Positions 10,309 to 20,166 of a stretch of DNA of 64,000 nucleotides are shown here, piece after piece. The translations under genes and the position numbers were made by a program. The stretch lies in contig JBBRLQ010000002.1 in the NCBI GenBank assembly GCA_038231275.1, positions 192,001 through 256,000 on the forward strand, given 5' to 3'. How positions within the stretch are numbered: the first letter of the stretch is position 1; each line of letters starts with the position of its first letter. Under the pieces are notes generated by a model. The model was not told the origin of the DNA. It saw only the letters and a program-made list of their open reading frames with translations, and searched no databases. Source of the DNA: Polyangiales bacterium. GTDB taxonomy: Bacteria > Myxococcota_A > Polyangia > Polyangiales > Polyangiaceae.

Positions 10309-10439
10309 ACGGGGCCGCGGTACGTTGCCCGCGGTGCGGCGTCAACGGCACGACGCCGCTCGTCGCCGCGCCGACGCCCTAGCCCGCGTGCGCGACCGCC
10401 GAACGGTCGAATCGTCGCGATTTTTGGGACCCGCAGAGT

Positions 10440-10455
10440 TGGCAAGAACATTGCT
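10440..10455 (+). promoter_or_regulatory. sigma54 -24/-12 promoter motif
   Basis: TGGCAAGAACATTGCT (GG-N10-GC), 15 nt before ATG 10471. Confidence 0.7.
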
Positions 10456-10470
10456 CAACACACGGTCATC

Positions 10471-10806
10471 ATGGCGACGTACACCGACGACGACTTTCTC
10501 GATCCCCTCCACGACATGGAGTCGACGGTCTCCTCGGCCAACGACTCCGACGACGCCCCCGACGACGACGCCGCCGGCGCGCCGCGCTCCGTCCAAGCGA
10601 TCCCGCCGCCGCCCATCCGGGGCTCGGTCAGCGAGCTGCGCCTTCGACGCAACCCCGCCCCGTTCACCGTCCTCGAGTTTGGCGCCGTGTTCGTCTGGAG
10701 TCAGGGTGACGCGTTCGACATTCCGCGCGACGTTCCGCCCCCGTCGGATCTCAGCGCGCTCCACCCCCAGCTCCGCGACACCGTGAGGCCCGGCCGCGTG
10801 GCCTGA
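10471..10806 (+). CDS. Small acidic hypothetical protein
   Basis: Asp-rich N-terminus, GC3-biased codons, sigma54 motif upstream. Confidence 0.6.
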   Translation: MATYTDDDFLDPLHDMESTVSSANDSDDAPDDDAAGAPRSVQAIPPPPIRGSVSELRLRRNPAPFTVLEFGAVFVWSQGDAFDIPRDVPPPSDLSALHPQLRDTVRPGRVA

Positions 10807-10897
10807 GGCGCTCGGCCAGCGCGCGAGCGTACAAATATCCCACAGAGACCAGAAAGCGACGTGCGTGGCGGTTTAGAGCAATTACTCTACCGCTCGC

Positions 10898-12513
10898 ATG
10901 CGCGCACGGATCGCCCTTCTTGCCGTGATCTCGGCCGCGTGCGCCAACTCTAGCGCGCCCGGCGCGGGCGCGGACACGTCGGGCAGCGGCGTCGACGGCG
11001 GCCCCGGCAGCGCTTCGACCGACGGCGGTGACGGCGGCGCGAACGGCGGCGGCGCCGCGGACGGCGAGGCCCGCGACGGCAGCGCGAGCGACGCCAGCGG
11101 CGACGCGTCGGGCCCCGCGCCCAGCGTCTTGCCCGTCGGCTTCGTCCGGCCCGACGTCGGAACACCGCTGACACCCGCGGAGATCGCTGCGGCCACCGAC
11201 GACGTGATCGCCCTCTTGAAGGGGACGCGCTACTTCGACGTCGTCGACGAGCGCGTGCACGGCTGGCCGGAATCGGAGCCCACTGGCTACTGGTACGGCA
11301 CGTGGTGGAGCGGCGTCAGCGTGACCAAGACGGGCGGCGCCGTCACGTACACGCACAGCGCGGACGGCGCCGACAACAACGGCCTGCGCACCGCGCCGCT
11401 CCTGGAAGGGGCTTGTTACGCGCACCTCATGTGGGGCAGCGCCGAGACCGCGCACCTCGTCCGCAAGCTCGCGCGCGGCTTCTCGTCGTGGGCGCTCGCG
11501 ATGAAGCGTGACGCGACGGACACGGCGGCGCCGATGCTCGCGCGCGCCCATTACGCGCGCAAGGTGACGTCGACGGACGCTGGACGCACGATCGTGATCG
11601 ACGTGTCCGCCGATCTGCCCGGCGTCGACGGCACGTCGCAGTACGTGCACCTTCCCAATAACCCCGCGTTCGGCGACATCTGGATCAAGAACCTCCGCTC
11701 GAAGGACGACATGGGCCACGTCCTCCGCGCGATCGTCCAGGCCGAGGCGTGCGCGACGCGCCTCGACGCCGCCGGACGCGCCGATCTCGCGCAGGCCATG
11801 GCGCTCTATGCGGCGTGGTCGAAGCAAGTGGAGGCCGACGGCTGGGGGATCGCGACGCTCGACAAGAACGCGCAGCCGTTCATGCCGCCGCTCAGCCAGA
11901 CACTCGCGCACTACACGCTGCTCGGCAACATCGAGTGCCCGGGCCCGCTGACGATGGCGCTCCTCGCGGACGGAACGCCGGGCTCGCTCGATTGCGGGAG
12001 CGGCATCAGCGCGGCGGAGCAAGCGCTCGGATCGCAGCTGAAGAACGGCGCGAAGCAGATCCTCCGCACTCACCACGAGTCGGCGGTGAACGCGGCCTGG
12101 TACAAGGGCGCGAACGCACCGGGCTCGCGATGCTGAAGGGCCTCGCCACGCGCATCGAGACCGATCGCGCGCTCCTTCTGGGCCCCAACCCGCCTGCCGA
12201 TCTCGACGCGAAGGACATCGCGTCGATGCTCCTCCACGCGTCGAACGCCGGCGTGCCGCTCACGAGCGATGAGGTGCGCTGGCTGCACGGACGCATCAAG
12301 CTCGCCGCGCAGACGTTCCTCGCGCCGGCCGCCGCGGCCGCCTACCACGTGTTCGACGCGGCGACGCCCGACGGCGCGTATCCTTACGAGCCGGGCGGGG
12401 ACGGACTGACGTTCCTCGACCTCGGCGTCCTCCTCGGTCAGTGCGCCGCGCCGTACCGCAACCCGACGACGCGAACGATGATCGACTGCACGCGCTTGCT
12501 CGCCGCGCCCTGA
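10898..12513 (+). CDS. Hypothetical lipoprotein, apparently frameshifted near 12120 (or two overlapping genes, 10898-12136 and 12130-12513)
   Basis: Lipobox ISAAC and Asp/Gly linker. The coding frame switches at gcaccgggctcgcgatg. Confidence 0.65.
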
Positions 12514-12521
12514 CGCTGCGG

Positions 12522-14165
12522 CTATTTCGCCTCGGCCGCGATCGCCTCGGCTTCGCGGGCGGCATCGGACGCGCGCGTCTTCGCGTCTCCGGTGAGGAGC
12601 GACTCGGCCTTGCGGAAGCGTGCCGCCACGTCCTGCCAATGCGCGCGGCTCGAGGCGCGCGGCGTGCTGACGCGCTTGATCCACGCCGCGTCGAAGGCCG
12701 CGAAGCCCGCGTAGGGCCCCCCGCCGGACGCCACGGCGTCGAGCGCCGCGAGCTGACCGATGCCGAGACCCTCGGGCGGCGGACGGCGCATCATCTGGGC
12801 AGCGTCGTCGGGACCGCCGCGGAGCGCGATGGCGAGCGCGAGGACGAGCTCCGCCTCGCGCGGACCACCTTTGTCTCCTTTGTCCCCGCCGGCGAGGCGC
12901 GCGAGGCTCGCCGCCTCGTCGAAGTCGACCGAGCGCCAGTACGCGCGCCCGAGATCGAGCCGACCGCGGGCGGCGAGGGCCGCGACATCCGCCGACGGTG
13001 GCTCGGCACGCAGGCGGGAGCGGAGCGGCTGCGGCATCCCGTTGGTGAGGAGGCCCGCCACGCCGTCGGCGTCGGACACCGTCTTCACGTCGACGAGCGC
13101 TGCGGCGTAGAAGGACGAGAGACGACGCGCGAGGCGATGCGACGCGTCGGCGGCGGTCGACGCCGGGAGCGGAGGAAGGAGCAGCGCATCGAGCGCGTCG
13201 ATTCGTCGTCCTGCGTACAGCTTGCCGAGGACCTCGCGCGCCGTCGCGACGCGCCGATCGCGCACGACCCCGAGCGACGCGAGATCCTTCAGGCCGACGA
13301 GCACCGCGTCGCGCCCTCTCTCCTTGCGCGGCTCCAGCATCTGATCGAGCTGCGCCTCGTAGATGCCCTTCAGCTCGGCGTCGCCCGCGATGGCGTCCGG
13401 CACCGGCACCGCGCGCACGACCTCGACGAAGCGAAGATCGGCGAGCCCCGCCTCCACCGCCGCCACCGCGCGTCCGTAGCCGCGAAGGTGCGACGCTTGC
13501 ATCGACAGATCCTCGATGAGCTTCGCTTGCGTGGCGATCCAGGTCTTGAGCGGCCCCTTGATGAACGCGAGCACGCGCTCCTTGTCGAACGGGGGCGTCG
13601 CCTTGGGAGGATTCTCGACGGTCCGCGACAGACGCGCGGCGATGGCGAGACCGCTGAGCGCGTGCTGGAGCTCCGCCGACGGCCCCGTCCTTCCTACGAG
13701 GGGCGCCGCGAGCGCGTCACCACACGCCGCCTCGGCGCTCTCGATGCGCAGCGCGCGCACCGCGCCGCCCGGCAGCTGGGTGCACGCCTCGAGATCGACG
13801 AGCAGCGCGTCACGCGCGCCGCGATCCGTCTCCGCCAGCGCGAGGTCGAGCGACGCGAGCGCGTCGTCGCAGCGCAACTTCCCCGCCTTCTTGCGCGCCA
13901 GGTACGCCGCGCAGATCGCCGGCGGAGCCGCGAGCCCTTTGGGCGCGTCGGGCAAGCCGGTCGCGATCGGATCGTACGCGACGGGCGCGAGCGACTCTTG
14001 GCGGAGGGTGCCTTCCAGAGCGAACGGGGTCGCGGTCGAGGTCGGCGTCGGGGTCGGCGTCGGGGTCGCCGTCGAGGTCGATGGCGCGTTCGGAGCGGGT
14101 GTCGCCCCGCCACAGGCGAGAGAGAGCGCGAGACCGGGCAGGAGAAGAAGAGCAGCGAATTTCAT
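12522..14165 (-). CDS. Hypothetical alpha-helical (TPR-like) lipoprotein
   Basis: MKFAALLLL...SLAC lipobox and Pro/Thr linker. ATGA overlap with the uppP stop. Confidence 0.7.
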   Translation of the reverse strand: MKFAALLLLPGLALSLACGGATPAPNAPSTSTATPTPTPTPTSTATPFALEGTLRQESLAPVAYDPIATGLPDAPKGLAAPPAICAAYLARKKAGKLRCDDALASLDLALAETDRGARDALLVDLEACTQLPGGAVRALRIESAEAACGDALAAPLVGRTGPSAELQHALSGLAIAARLSRTVENPPKATPPFDKERVLAFIKGPLKTWIATQAKLIEDLSMQASHLRGYGRAVAAVEAGLADLRFVEVVRAVPVPDAIAGDAELKGIYEAQLDQMLEPRKERGRDAVLVGLKDLASLGVVRDRRVATAREVLGKLYAGRRIDALDALLLPPLPASTAADASHRLARRLSSFYAAALVDVKTVSDADGVAGLLTNGMPQPLRSRLRAEPPSADVAALAARGRLDLGRAYWRSVDFDEAASLARLAGGDKGDKGGPREAELVLALAIALRGGPDDAAQMMRRPPPEGLGIGQLAALDAVASGGGPYAGFAAFDAAWIKRVSTPRASSRAHWQDVAARFRKAESLLTGDAKTRASDAAREAEAIAAEAK

Positions 14166-14980
14166 GCGTGCATTCCCAGTGTGAGGAGGACCACGACCCC
14201 CAGCGCGATCCGGTAGTACCCAAACGGCTCGAGACCGCGCTTCTGCAAGTACTTCACGAAGCCCGCGATCACGACCCACGCGACGAAGAACGACACCACG
14301 AAGCCGATCGCCACGTTGAGAACCCCCGTCTGCGCGAGCTCGTGGCGTCCCTTGTACGTCTCGTAGGCGGTCGCCGCGCCGAGCGTCGGGAGCGCCAGCA
14401 AGAACGAGAACTCGGCTGCCGTCGCGGTCGAGAGGCCGGTCGCTTGCCCCGCGAGGATCGTGCACATCGACCGTGAGGTGCCGGGCCAGAGCGAGAAGCA
14501 CTGCCCGATCCCGATCAGCAGCGCGCGCTTCGGCGTGACGTGCTCGAGGCCGACGAGACCCGTCGTCCCGCGCGATGCGCGGACGCGCTCGACGACGATC
14601 ATGATCACGCCGCCGACCACCAGCGCGGCGGCGACAGGCATGGGGCCGAAGAGGTGGGCCTTGATCGCCTTCCGAAAGAGGAGGCCCGCCACCGCGGTCG
14701 GCGCGAAGCCCGCGGCGAGCGCGAGCAAGAGATCGACCGCCGCGCGATCGCGGACCAGGAGCCCACGCGCGCGACGCCCCAGCAGCTCGCGGTACTGCAC
14801 CACGACAGCGAGCACCGCGCCGAACTGGATCACGATGTCGAACGAGCCCGAGCCTTCGGTCTTCTGCCCGAGGCGCTCGAGCAACGCGCCGAAGAGAATG
14901 AGGTGCCCCGTCGACGAGATCGGCAGGTACTCGGTGAGCCCCTCGACCACGCCGAGGATCATCGCGACGAGCGGTGTCAT
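14162..14980 (-). CDS. uppP: Undecaprenyl-diphosphate phosphatase
   Basis: GVVEGLTEYLPISSTGHL, PGTSRS and AAEFSFLLALP motifs. Confidence 0.95.
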   Translation of the reverse strand: MTPLVAMILGVVEGLTEYLPISSTGHLILFGALLERLGQKTEGSGSFDIVIQFGAVLAVVVQYRELLGRRARGLLVRDRAAVDLLLALAAGFAPTAVAGLLFRKAIKAHLFGPMPVAAALVVGGVIMIVVERVRASRGTTGLVGLEHVTPKRALLIGIGQCFSLWPGTSRSMCTILAGQATGLSTATAAEFSFLLALPTLGAATAYETYKGRHELAQTGVLNVAIGFVVSFFVAWVVIAGFVKYLQKRGLEPFGYYRIALGVVVLLTLGMHA

Positions 14981-15002
14981 CGCCCGTCAGAATGCCACAG
15001 CT

Positions 15003-15857
15003 TCAGTGATGGAGGACGAACCGCCACGCGACGTAGGCCGCGGCGACGAGGACGAGCACGAAGATCGGCACGAGCCATCCCGTGCTGCTCTCCTTCTGCA
15101 TCGGCTGGGGCGCCGCTTTTTTGATCGCCTTCGAGGGCTTGTCTGCCGGGCGCGGCGCGTCGGACGTGGCGGCAGCTTGCGCGGCGGCCTTTGCCTCGGC
15201 GACGGCGCGCGTTTGCTCCTCCGCGCGGCGCGACTCTGCGCCGGTGTCGGCTTCTGCCTGACGGGCGGCGGCGACGCGCCCTTCCTCGGCCCGGCGCTCG
15301 ACGGCCTCGCCCTCGATGCGCTCGGCGGCGCGACGCGCGGCCTCGCGGACCTCTTCGTCGCGGCGGGCCTCCTCGGCGGCGGCCTCGGCGGCGGCCTCGG
15401 CGGCGTGCGCTTCCTCGGCGGCGCGCTTTGCCTCTTCGGCCCTGCGCGACTCCTCGGCCCGCTTCGCTTCATCTGCGCGACGGGTCTCCTCCGCCCTGCG
15501 AGCCTCTTCGGCCGCGCGACGACGGGTCTCCTCCGCCTTGCGCGCCTCTTCGGCCGCGCGACGACGAGCCTCCTCCGCCTTGCGCGCCTCTTCGGCCGCG
15601 CGACGACGAGCCTCCTCCGCCTTGCGCGCCTCGTCCGCCTTGCGAGCCTCCTCACGCCGCGTCTCCTCGGACCGCCTCGCCTGATCGGCGCGCGCGACCT
15701 CCGCAGCTTGCGCGCTGTCGGCGCTGGCGGCCGGCCTGACGGACGACGACGCGCCGCCACCTCCGCCCGTCCCTCGCTGCGCCTGCAGCGTGGCAGCGTT
15801 CGACTTCACTGTGACGAGGAGCTTCTCGAGCTTGGCGATGCGTTCCTGAGTATTCAC
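15003..15857 (-). CDS. Ala/Glu/Arg-rich helical protein with C-terminal TM anchor
   Basis: GAGG RBS before GTG, EEARRR repeats, terminal hydrophobic segment WLVPIFVLVLVAAAYVAW. Confidence 0.75.
   Translation of the reverse strand: MNTQERIAKLEKLLVTVKSNAATLQAQRGTGGGGGASSSVRPAASADSAQAAEVARADQARRSEETRREEARKADEARKAEEARRRAAEEARKAEEARRRAAEEARKAEETRRRAAEEARRAEETRRADEAKRAEESRRAEEAKRAAEEAHAAEAAAEAAAEEARRDEEVREAARRAAERIEGEAVERRAEEGRVAAARQAEADTGAESRRAEEQTRAVAEAKAAAQAAATSDAPRPADKPSKAIKKAAPQPMQKESSTGWLVPIFVLVLVAAAYVAWRFVLHH
15481..15632. repeat. 42-bp coding tandem repeat (~3.6 copies)
   Basis: Units start at 15481, 15523, 15565 and 15607 (cgrgyctcctccgccytgcgmgcctcttcggccgcgcgacga) and encode KAEEARRRAAEEAR. 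Confidence 0.9.
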
Positions 15858-15975
15858 GTGTCCTCACAGGGTCGCCGAAATGGCCGAGCTTTACAAGCCG
15901 GTCCCAGCAGGCGCGCCGACCAGGTGCGCAGGCGGGTAGGCGCGAACCGGCGCGTGTCGCGCTAAGCTCCTGCGC

Positions 15976-16368
15976 ATGAAAAAGACGGAAGAGGAGTGGA
16001 AGGCGATCCTCACCCCCGAAGAGTACGAGGTCACGCGCCGCAAGGGGACCGAGCGGGCGTTTAGTGGCAAATATTGGGACACGAAGGACGCCGGCACCTA
16101 CACGTGCAAGTGCTGCGGCGCGAAGCTGTTCCTGTCGGACACGAAGTTCGACAGCGGCTGCGGCTGGCCCAGCTTTTTCGCGCCTGCCGACGGCGCGCCC
16201 GTCGAGGAGCACCAGGACCGCTCGCATTTCATGGTGCGCACCGAGGTCACGTGCAAAGACTGCGGCGCGCACCTCGGGCATGTGTTCGAGGACGGCCCGC
16301 AGCCGACCGGCCTCCGCTACTGCATCAACTCGGCGTCCATCGACCTCGAGCCCAAAAAACCCGCCTGA
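15976..16368 (+). CDS. msrB: Peptide-methionine (R)-S-oxide reductase
   Basis: [31 protein letters not shown] motifs and two CxxC Zn motifs. Confidence 0.97.
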   Translation: MKKTEEEWKAILTPEEYEVTRRKGTERAFSGKYWDTKDAGTYTCKCCGAKLFLSDTKFDSGCGWPSFFAPADGAPVEEHQDRSHFMVRTEVTCKDCGAHLGHVFEDGPQPTGLRYCINSASIDLEPKKPA

Positions 16369-16385
16369 TCGGCTACCCTCATCGT

Positions 16386-17987
16386 GTGAGCCGCGGGGTC
16401 GTCGTCATCGCGTTGGGGGTCGCCGCGTGCGCGACGGCGGGCCACGCCGAGCCTCCGTATGCCCCGCCGCCCGCCTCGACCATCCTCGACGATCCTGGGA
16501 CCGTGAAGATCCGACGCGAAGTCTTCCTCGTCGAGGGGGTCGCGGCGCCGCCCAACCCCGTGCGCAACGTGGCGACGCCCGCCGAACAGAACAAGGTGCG
16601 CGTCGTCCGCTACCGCGTCGACGCGACGCCGCCGAAGCCCGCGCGCGCGGTCGTCGTGATGATGCCGGGGTTCCTCGCCGGCACCGGCAGCTTCGACGGA
16701 CTCGCGCGCGCGCTCGTGCGACGGAGCACCGAGGGCGATGCGATCGAGGCGTGGGCGATCGATCGGCGCGCGAACCTCCTCGAGGACACGCACGGCCTCG
16801 ACGTCGCCGAGGTCCGCCACGATCCATCCATTGCGCAGCGCTACTACCTCGACGGCGAGACGGTCGAAGGCAAGACCTTCGGAGGCTACATCCCCGACGG
16901 CGCGCCGCACGCGAGCGAGTGGGGCCTGGCGACGGCGCTCGGCGATCTGCGTAGGGTGATCAAATCGGCGGGGAGCCCTGCGCACGTGGTCCTCCTCGGG
17001 CATTCGCTCGGCGCCGACATGGCCGAGGAGTACGCGGCGTGGGATTTCGGGCCCGACGGCCGTGGGATGGACGACGCCGCGGCGTTCGTCATGCTCGACG
17101 GCGGCACTGGCGACGAAGGCAAGCCCGGCCCCAGCGTCGACAAGGCAACGTACGAGTCGAGCCAGGCGAGCGCCGCGTTCGGCGTCACCGGGCTCGGCGC
17201 GATCCGCCAGGGCGACACGCTTACGCAGCTCCCCTTCCTCGGCACCAAGGCGCTCGTCGTCGCCGAGTACATCGCGATGCGATCGCGGTGGAGCGGCGCC
17301 GCGATCGTGGCGGACGACGCGCGCGACGCGCTGCTCGGCACGTTCCTCGGCCTCACTGCGGTCCCGAAGATGACCAACCGCGCGGCGTTCGCGCTCGCCT
17401 TCGACGACGCATCGAGCGGCCTCACGATCGCCGCTGTCTCGTGCGGGGCCGCGACCGGCGGCGCGATGACCTCGTACCAGAGCGCGTTCGGGGCGACACT
17501 CTTCCACCCGTCCGATCCGAGCGCGACCTACGATTGGGTCTCCTACGACAAGACCGTGCCCGCCGAGGTGACGTCGGCGGACGACTTCGCGCGCGCCTGG
17601 TACGACGGGCCAGGGCTGAACCTCGCCGAGTGGTACTTCCCCAAACGCCTCTCGCTCGACGTGCCCGCCGCAGGGACGCTGGTCGTCGGCGATCAGGACT
17701 GGCAAATGACGTACGGCCTCGCCGCAAAGCACGGGCACGCGATCGACAAGCCGATCCTCGCGATCGCCTTCGCGCTCGAGAAGAGCGAGTCGGCGTTCGA
17801 CGGCCTCAAGGCGACCGTCGCGCATCCCGACAAGGTCATCACCGCCGCGTACCCGACGCTCACGCACGTCGATGGCCTCATGGGCGTCGACGCCCCGGGC
17901 TCGCTGCCGGCTCAGGTGTACGACAAGGTGGCGTCGTTCGTCCGGTCGAGCACGCCCACGGGCGGCGACGTCCTGCCCATTCGCTGA
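16386..17987 (+). CDS. Secreted/lipoprotein alpha/beta hydrolase
   Basis: VAAC lipobox, PGFLAG oxyanion region, GHSLG nucleophile, C-terminal HVD. Confidence 0.75.
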   Translation: MSRGVVVIALGVAACATAGHAEPPYAPPPASTILDDPGTVKIRREVFLVEGVAAPPNPVRNVATPAEQNKVRVVRYRVDATPPKPARAVVVMMPGFLAGTGSFDGLARALVRRSTEGDAIEAWAIDRRANLLEDTHGLDVAEVRHDPSIAQRYYLDGETVEGKTFGGYIPDGAPHASEWGLATALGDLRRVIKSAGSPAHVVLLGHSLGADMAEEYAAWDFGPDGRGMDDAAAFVMLDGGTGDEGKPGPSVDKATYESSQASAAFGVTGLGAIRQGDTLTQLPFLGTKALVVAEYIAMRSRWSGAAIVADDARDALLGTFLGLTAVPKMTNRAAFALAFDDASSGLTIAAVSCGAATGGAMTSYQSAFGATLFHPSDPSATYDWVSYDKTVPAEVTSADDFARAWYDGPGLNLAEWYFPKRLSLDVPAAGTLVVGDQDWQMTYGLAAKHGHAIDKPILAIAFALEKSESAFDGLKATVAHPDKVITAAYPTLTHVDGLMGVDAPGSLPAQVYDKVASFVRSSTPTGGDVLPIR

Positions 17988-18004
17988 AGAAAAAGAACGA
18001 AGGC

Positions 18005-18031
18005 TGTCGATTCTCGGCCGGCCCGAACGTC
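18005..18031 (+). promoter_or_regulatory. ECF42-type sigma promoter
   Basis: TGTCGA-N17-CGTC directly upstream of the YciI/ECF operon. Confidence 0.7.
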
Positions 18032-18066
18032 GTTACGGTGAGAACGCCGTCATCTCTGGAGGAGCC

Positions 18067-18417
18067 ATGCAATTTCTTCTTCTGATCCACGAGAGCGAGA
18101 ACCAGACCCGAACGCCCGCCGACCGCGAGGCGATGCAAGCCGACTACGTCGTCTACACGAAGGAGCTCATGGCCGCCGGCGTCATGCGCGGCGGTGACCC
18201 GCTGCAGCCGTCGGCGACGGGGGCAAAGGTCTCCGTCCGCGAAGGCAAGCGTCGCGTCGTCGACGGGCCGTTCACCGAAGCGAAGGAAGTCCTCGGCGGC
18301 TACTACATGATCGACGTCCCCGATTTGGCTGCGGCGGTCGGCTGGGCCGAAAAATGCCCGGGCGCCAAGGTTGGGACCATGGAAGTCCGTGAGGTGAGGC
18401 CGTACCCCAAGCCCTGA
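18067..18417 (+). CDS. YciI / DGPF family protein
   Basis: VVDGPFTEAKEVLGGYY motif. RBS GGAGGAG. Confidence 0.92.
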   Translation: MQFLLLIHESENQTRTPADREAMQADYVVYTKELMAAGVMRGGDPLQPSATGAKVSVREGKRRVVDGPFTEAKEVLGGYYMIDVPDLAAAVGWAEKCPGAKVGTMEVREVRPYPKP

Positions 18418-18451
18418 TCCGCCGGCGCCCGAAACCGGATAGAACGAGGGG

Positions 18452-19690
18452 GTGCCGCCGACTGCCCCCCTCGTGGAGTCGCTCGTCCGCAAGGAGACGT
18501 GGCGGCTCGTCGCGCGCCTGACGCGCATGGTCGGGGACGTCGATCTCGCCGAGGAGATCGCGCAAGACGCGCTCGTCGCCGCGCTCGAGACGTGGCCGGG
18601 GACGGGTGCGCCCGAAAACCCCGGGGCATGGCTCATGGCAACCGCGAAGAACCGCGCGCTCGACGCGCTGCGCAAGCGAAAGAACGCGTCGGCGCGCGAA
18701 GGTGACGTGACGTGGCACGAGGAGGCGTTGCGCGGGGCGTCGTTCGACGACACTCCCGACGCGGTCCACGACGACAAGCTGCGCCTGGTCTTCGTGTGCT
18801 GTCACCCTCGCCTTCCGCGCGAGCAGCAGGTCGCGCTCACACTGCGCCTCGTCGCCGGCCTGACGACCGACGAGATCGCGCGCGCGTTCCTGGCGCCTGA
18901 GCCGACGATCGCGCAGCGCATCGTGCGCGCGAAGAAGACGATCAAGGAGCTCGCGCTGCCCTACGAGGTGCCCGGCGCCGCGGAGCTCGAGGAGCGCTTG
19001 CCGAGCGTGCTCGAGGTGGCGTACCTCGTCTTCAACGAGGGCTACGCGGCGGCGAGCGGAGATGCGCTGATCCGCAAGGACATGTGCGCCGAGGCGCTCC
19101 GGCTCGGGCACGCGCTCGCCGAGCTCTTGCCGACCGAGCCAGAGGTGCTCGGCTTGGTCGCTCTGATGGAGATCCAGTCGTCGCGCGCGGCGACGCGCGT
19201 AGGGCACGACGGCGAGCTGGTGCTCCTCGCCGATCAGGATCGCGCGCGCTGGGATCGAGGTGCGATCGCGCGCGGCCTCGAGATGCTGGCGCGCGCGACG
19301 GCGGCGGAGCGGCGCGGCACCTACGTGGTCCAGGCGCAGATCGCGGCGTGCCACGCGCGCGCGGCGTCGGCGGAGACCACCGACTGGCACGCGATCGCCT
19401 GGCTCTACGCGGATCTGGCGCGCATCGAGCCGTCGCCGATCGTCGAGATGAACCGCGCCGTCGCGGTGAGCATGGCGGACGGTCCCGCCGCCGGCCTCGT
19501 GGTGCTGGACACCGTCGCGGGCGATCCGCAGCTCGCACGCTATCACTTGTTTCCGTCGGTGCGCGCGGACATGCTCCGCCGACTTGGCCGAAACGACGCC
19601 GCGCGCGCCGAGTACGCACGCGCCATCGAGCTCTCTACGAACGAGCGCGAGACCGCATTCTTGCAACGACGGCTACGGGAGGTTTCATGA
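18452..19690 (+). CDS. ECF sigma factor with C-terminal TPR extension (ECF42/DUF6596 type)
   Basis: LAEEIAQDA, WLMATAKNRALD, CCHP, AQRIVRAK, YLVFNEGY, LADQDRARWD. Confidence 0.92.
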   Translation: MPPTAPLVESLVRKETWRLVARLTRMVGDVDLAEEIAQDALVAALETWPGTGAPENPGAWLMATAKNRALDALRKRKNASAREGDVTWHEEALRGASFDDTPDAVHDDKLRLVFVCCHPRLPREQQVALTLRLVAGLTTDEIARAFLAPEPTIAQRIVRAKKTIKELALPYEVPGAAELEERLPSVLEVAYLVFNEGYAAASGDALIRKDMCAEALRLGHALAELLPTEPEVLGLVALMEIQSSRAATRVGHDGELVLLADQDRARWDRGAIARGLEMLARATAAERRGTYVVQAQIAACHARAASAETTDWHAIAWLYADLARIEPSPIVEMNRAVAVSMADGPAAGLVVLDTVAGDPQLARYHLFPSVRADMLRRLGRNDAARAEYARAIELSTNERETAFLQRRLREVS

Positions 19691-20058
19691 CCGAGCACCA
19701 GCTGCTGGTGAAGGGGCTCGGCGCGAGCCCGGGACGTGCGCACGGACCGATCGCGTTCTCGGGGGCCGCGACGATCGCGCTCGCCGCGAAGGGCACGCCG
19801 GCGATCTTCGTATGCATCGAGGCCGGCGCAGAAGACGCCGACGGCGTGCGTGCCTGCGCGGCGCTCGTGACGACACGCGGCGGCGTGACGGGCGACGGGG
19901 CCATCATGGCGCGCGCGCTCGGCAAGCCATGCCTCACGAGCTGCGGCGCCGTCATCGTCCGCGTGCGCGACAAGCTGCTCGAAGTCGGCGACGTCACCGT
20001 GCGCGAGGGGGATCTCGTCACGCTCGACGCGTCCAACGGCGCCTTGTACGTCGGCTGA
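19687..20058 (+). CDS. Stand-alone PEP-utilising enzyme mobile (swivel) domain, His replaced by Asp
   Basis: GLGASPG...TTRGGVTGDGAIMARALGKPC...VTLDASNG. ATGA overlap with the sigma gene. Confidence 0.8.
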   Translation: MTEHQLLVKGLGASPGRAHGPIAFSGAATIALAAKGTPAIFVCIEAGAEDADGVRACAALVTTRGGVTGDGAIMARALGKPCLTSCGAVIVRVRDKLLEVGDVTVREGDLVTLDASNGALYVG

Positions 20059-20098
20059 CGATCCGGCCACAAACGCCTCGAATTCTAGAGCCTGCGGT

Positions 20099-20153
20099 TT
20101 GACATACGGGTCCGTATGTGGAACACCACTTGACATACGAGACCGTATGTCAA
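20099..20153. promoter_or_regulatory. Tandem palindromic operators, each overlapping TTGACA
   Basis: ACATACGG-GT-CCGTATGT (20102-20119) and TTGACATACG-AGAC-CGTATGTCAA (20130-20153). Confidence 0.8.
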
Positions 20154-20166
20154 TGGAGGCGACCCG

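Noticed and set aside
10831-10841. ACAAATATCCC shared with 27279-27289, both intergenic
   Set aside because: Only two copies and no consistent position relative to promoters; cannot be distinguished from chance.
15481-15632. Regular repeats as a possible CRISPR array
   Set aside because: Contiguous in-frame coding repeats with no unique spacers and no cas genes.
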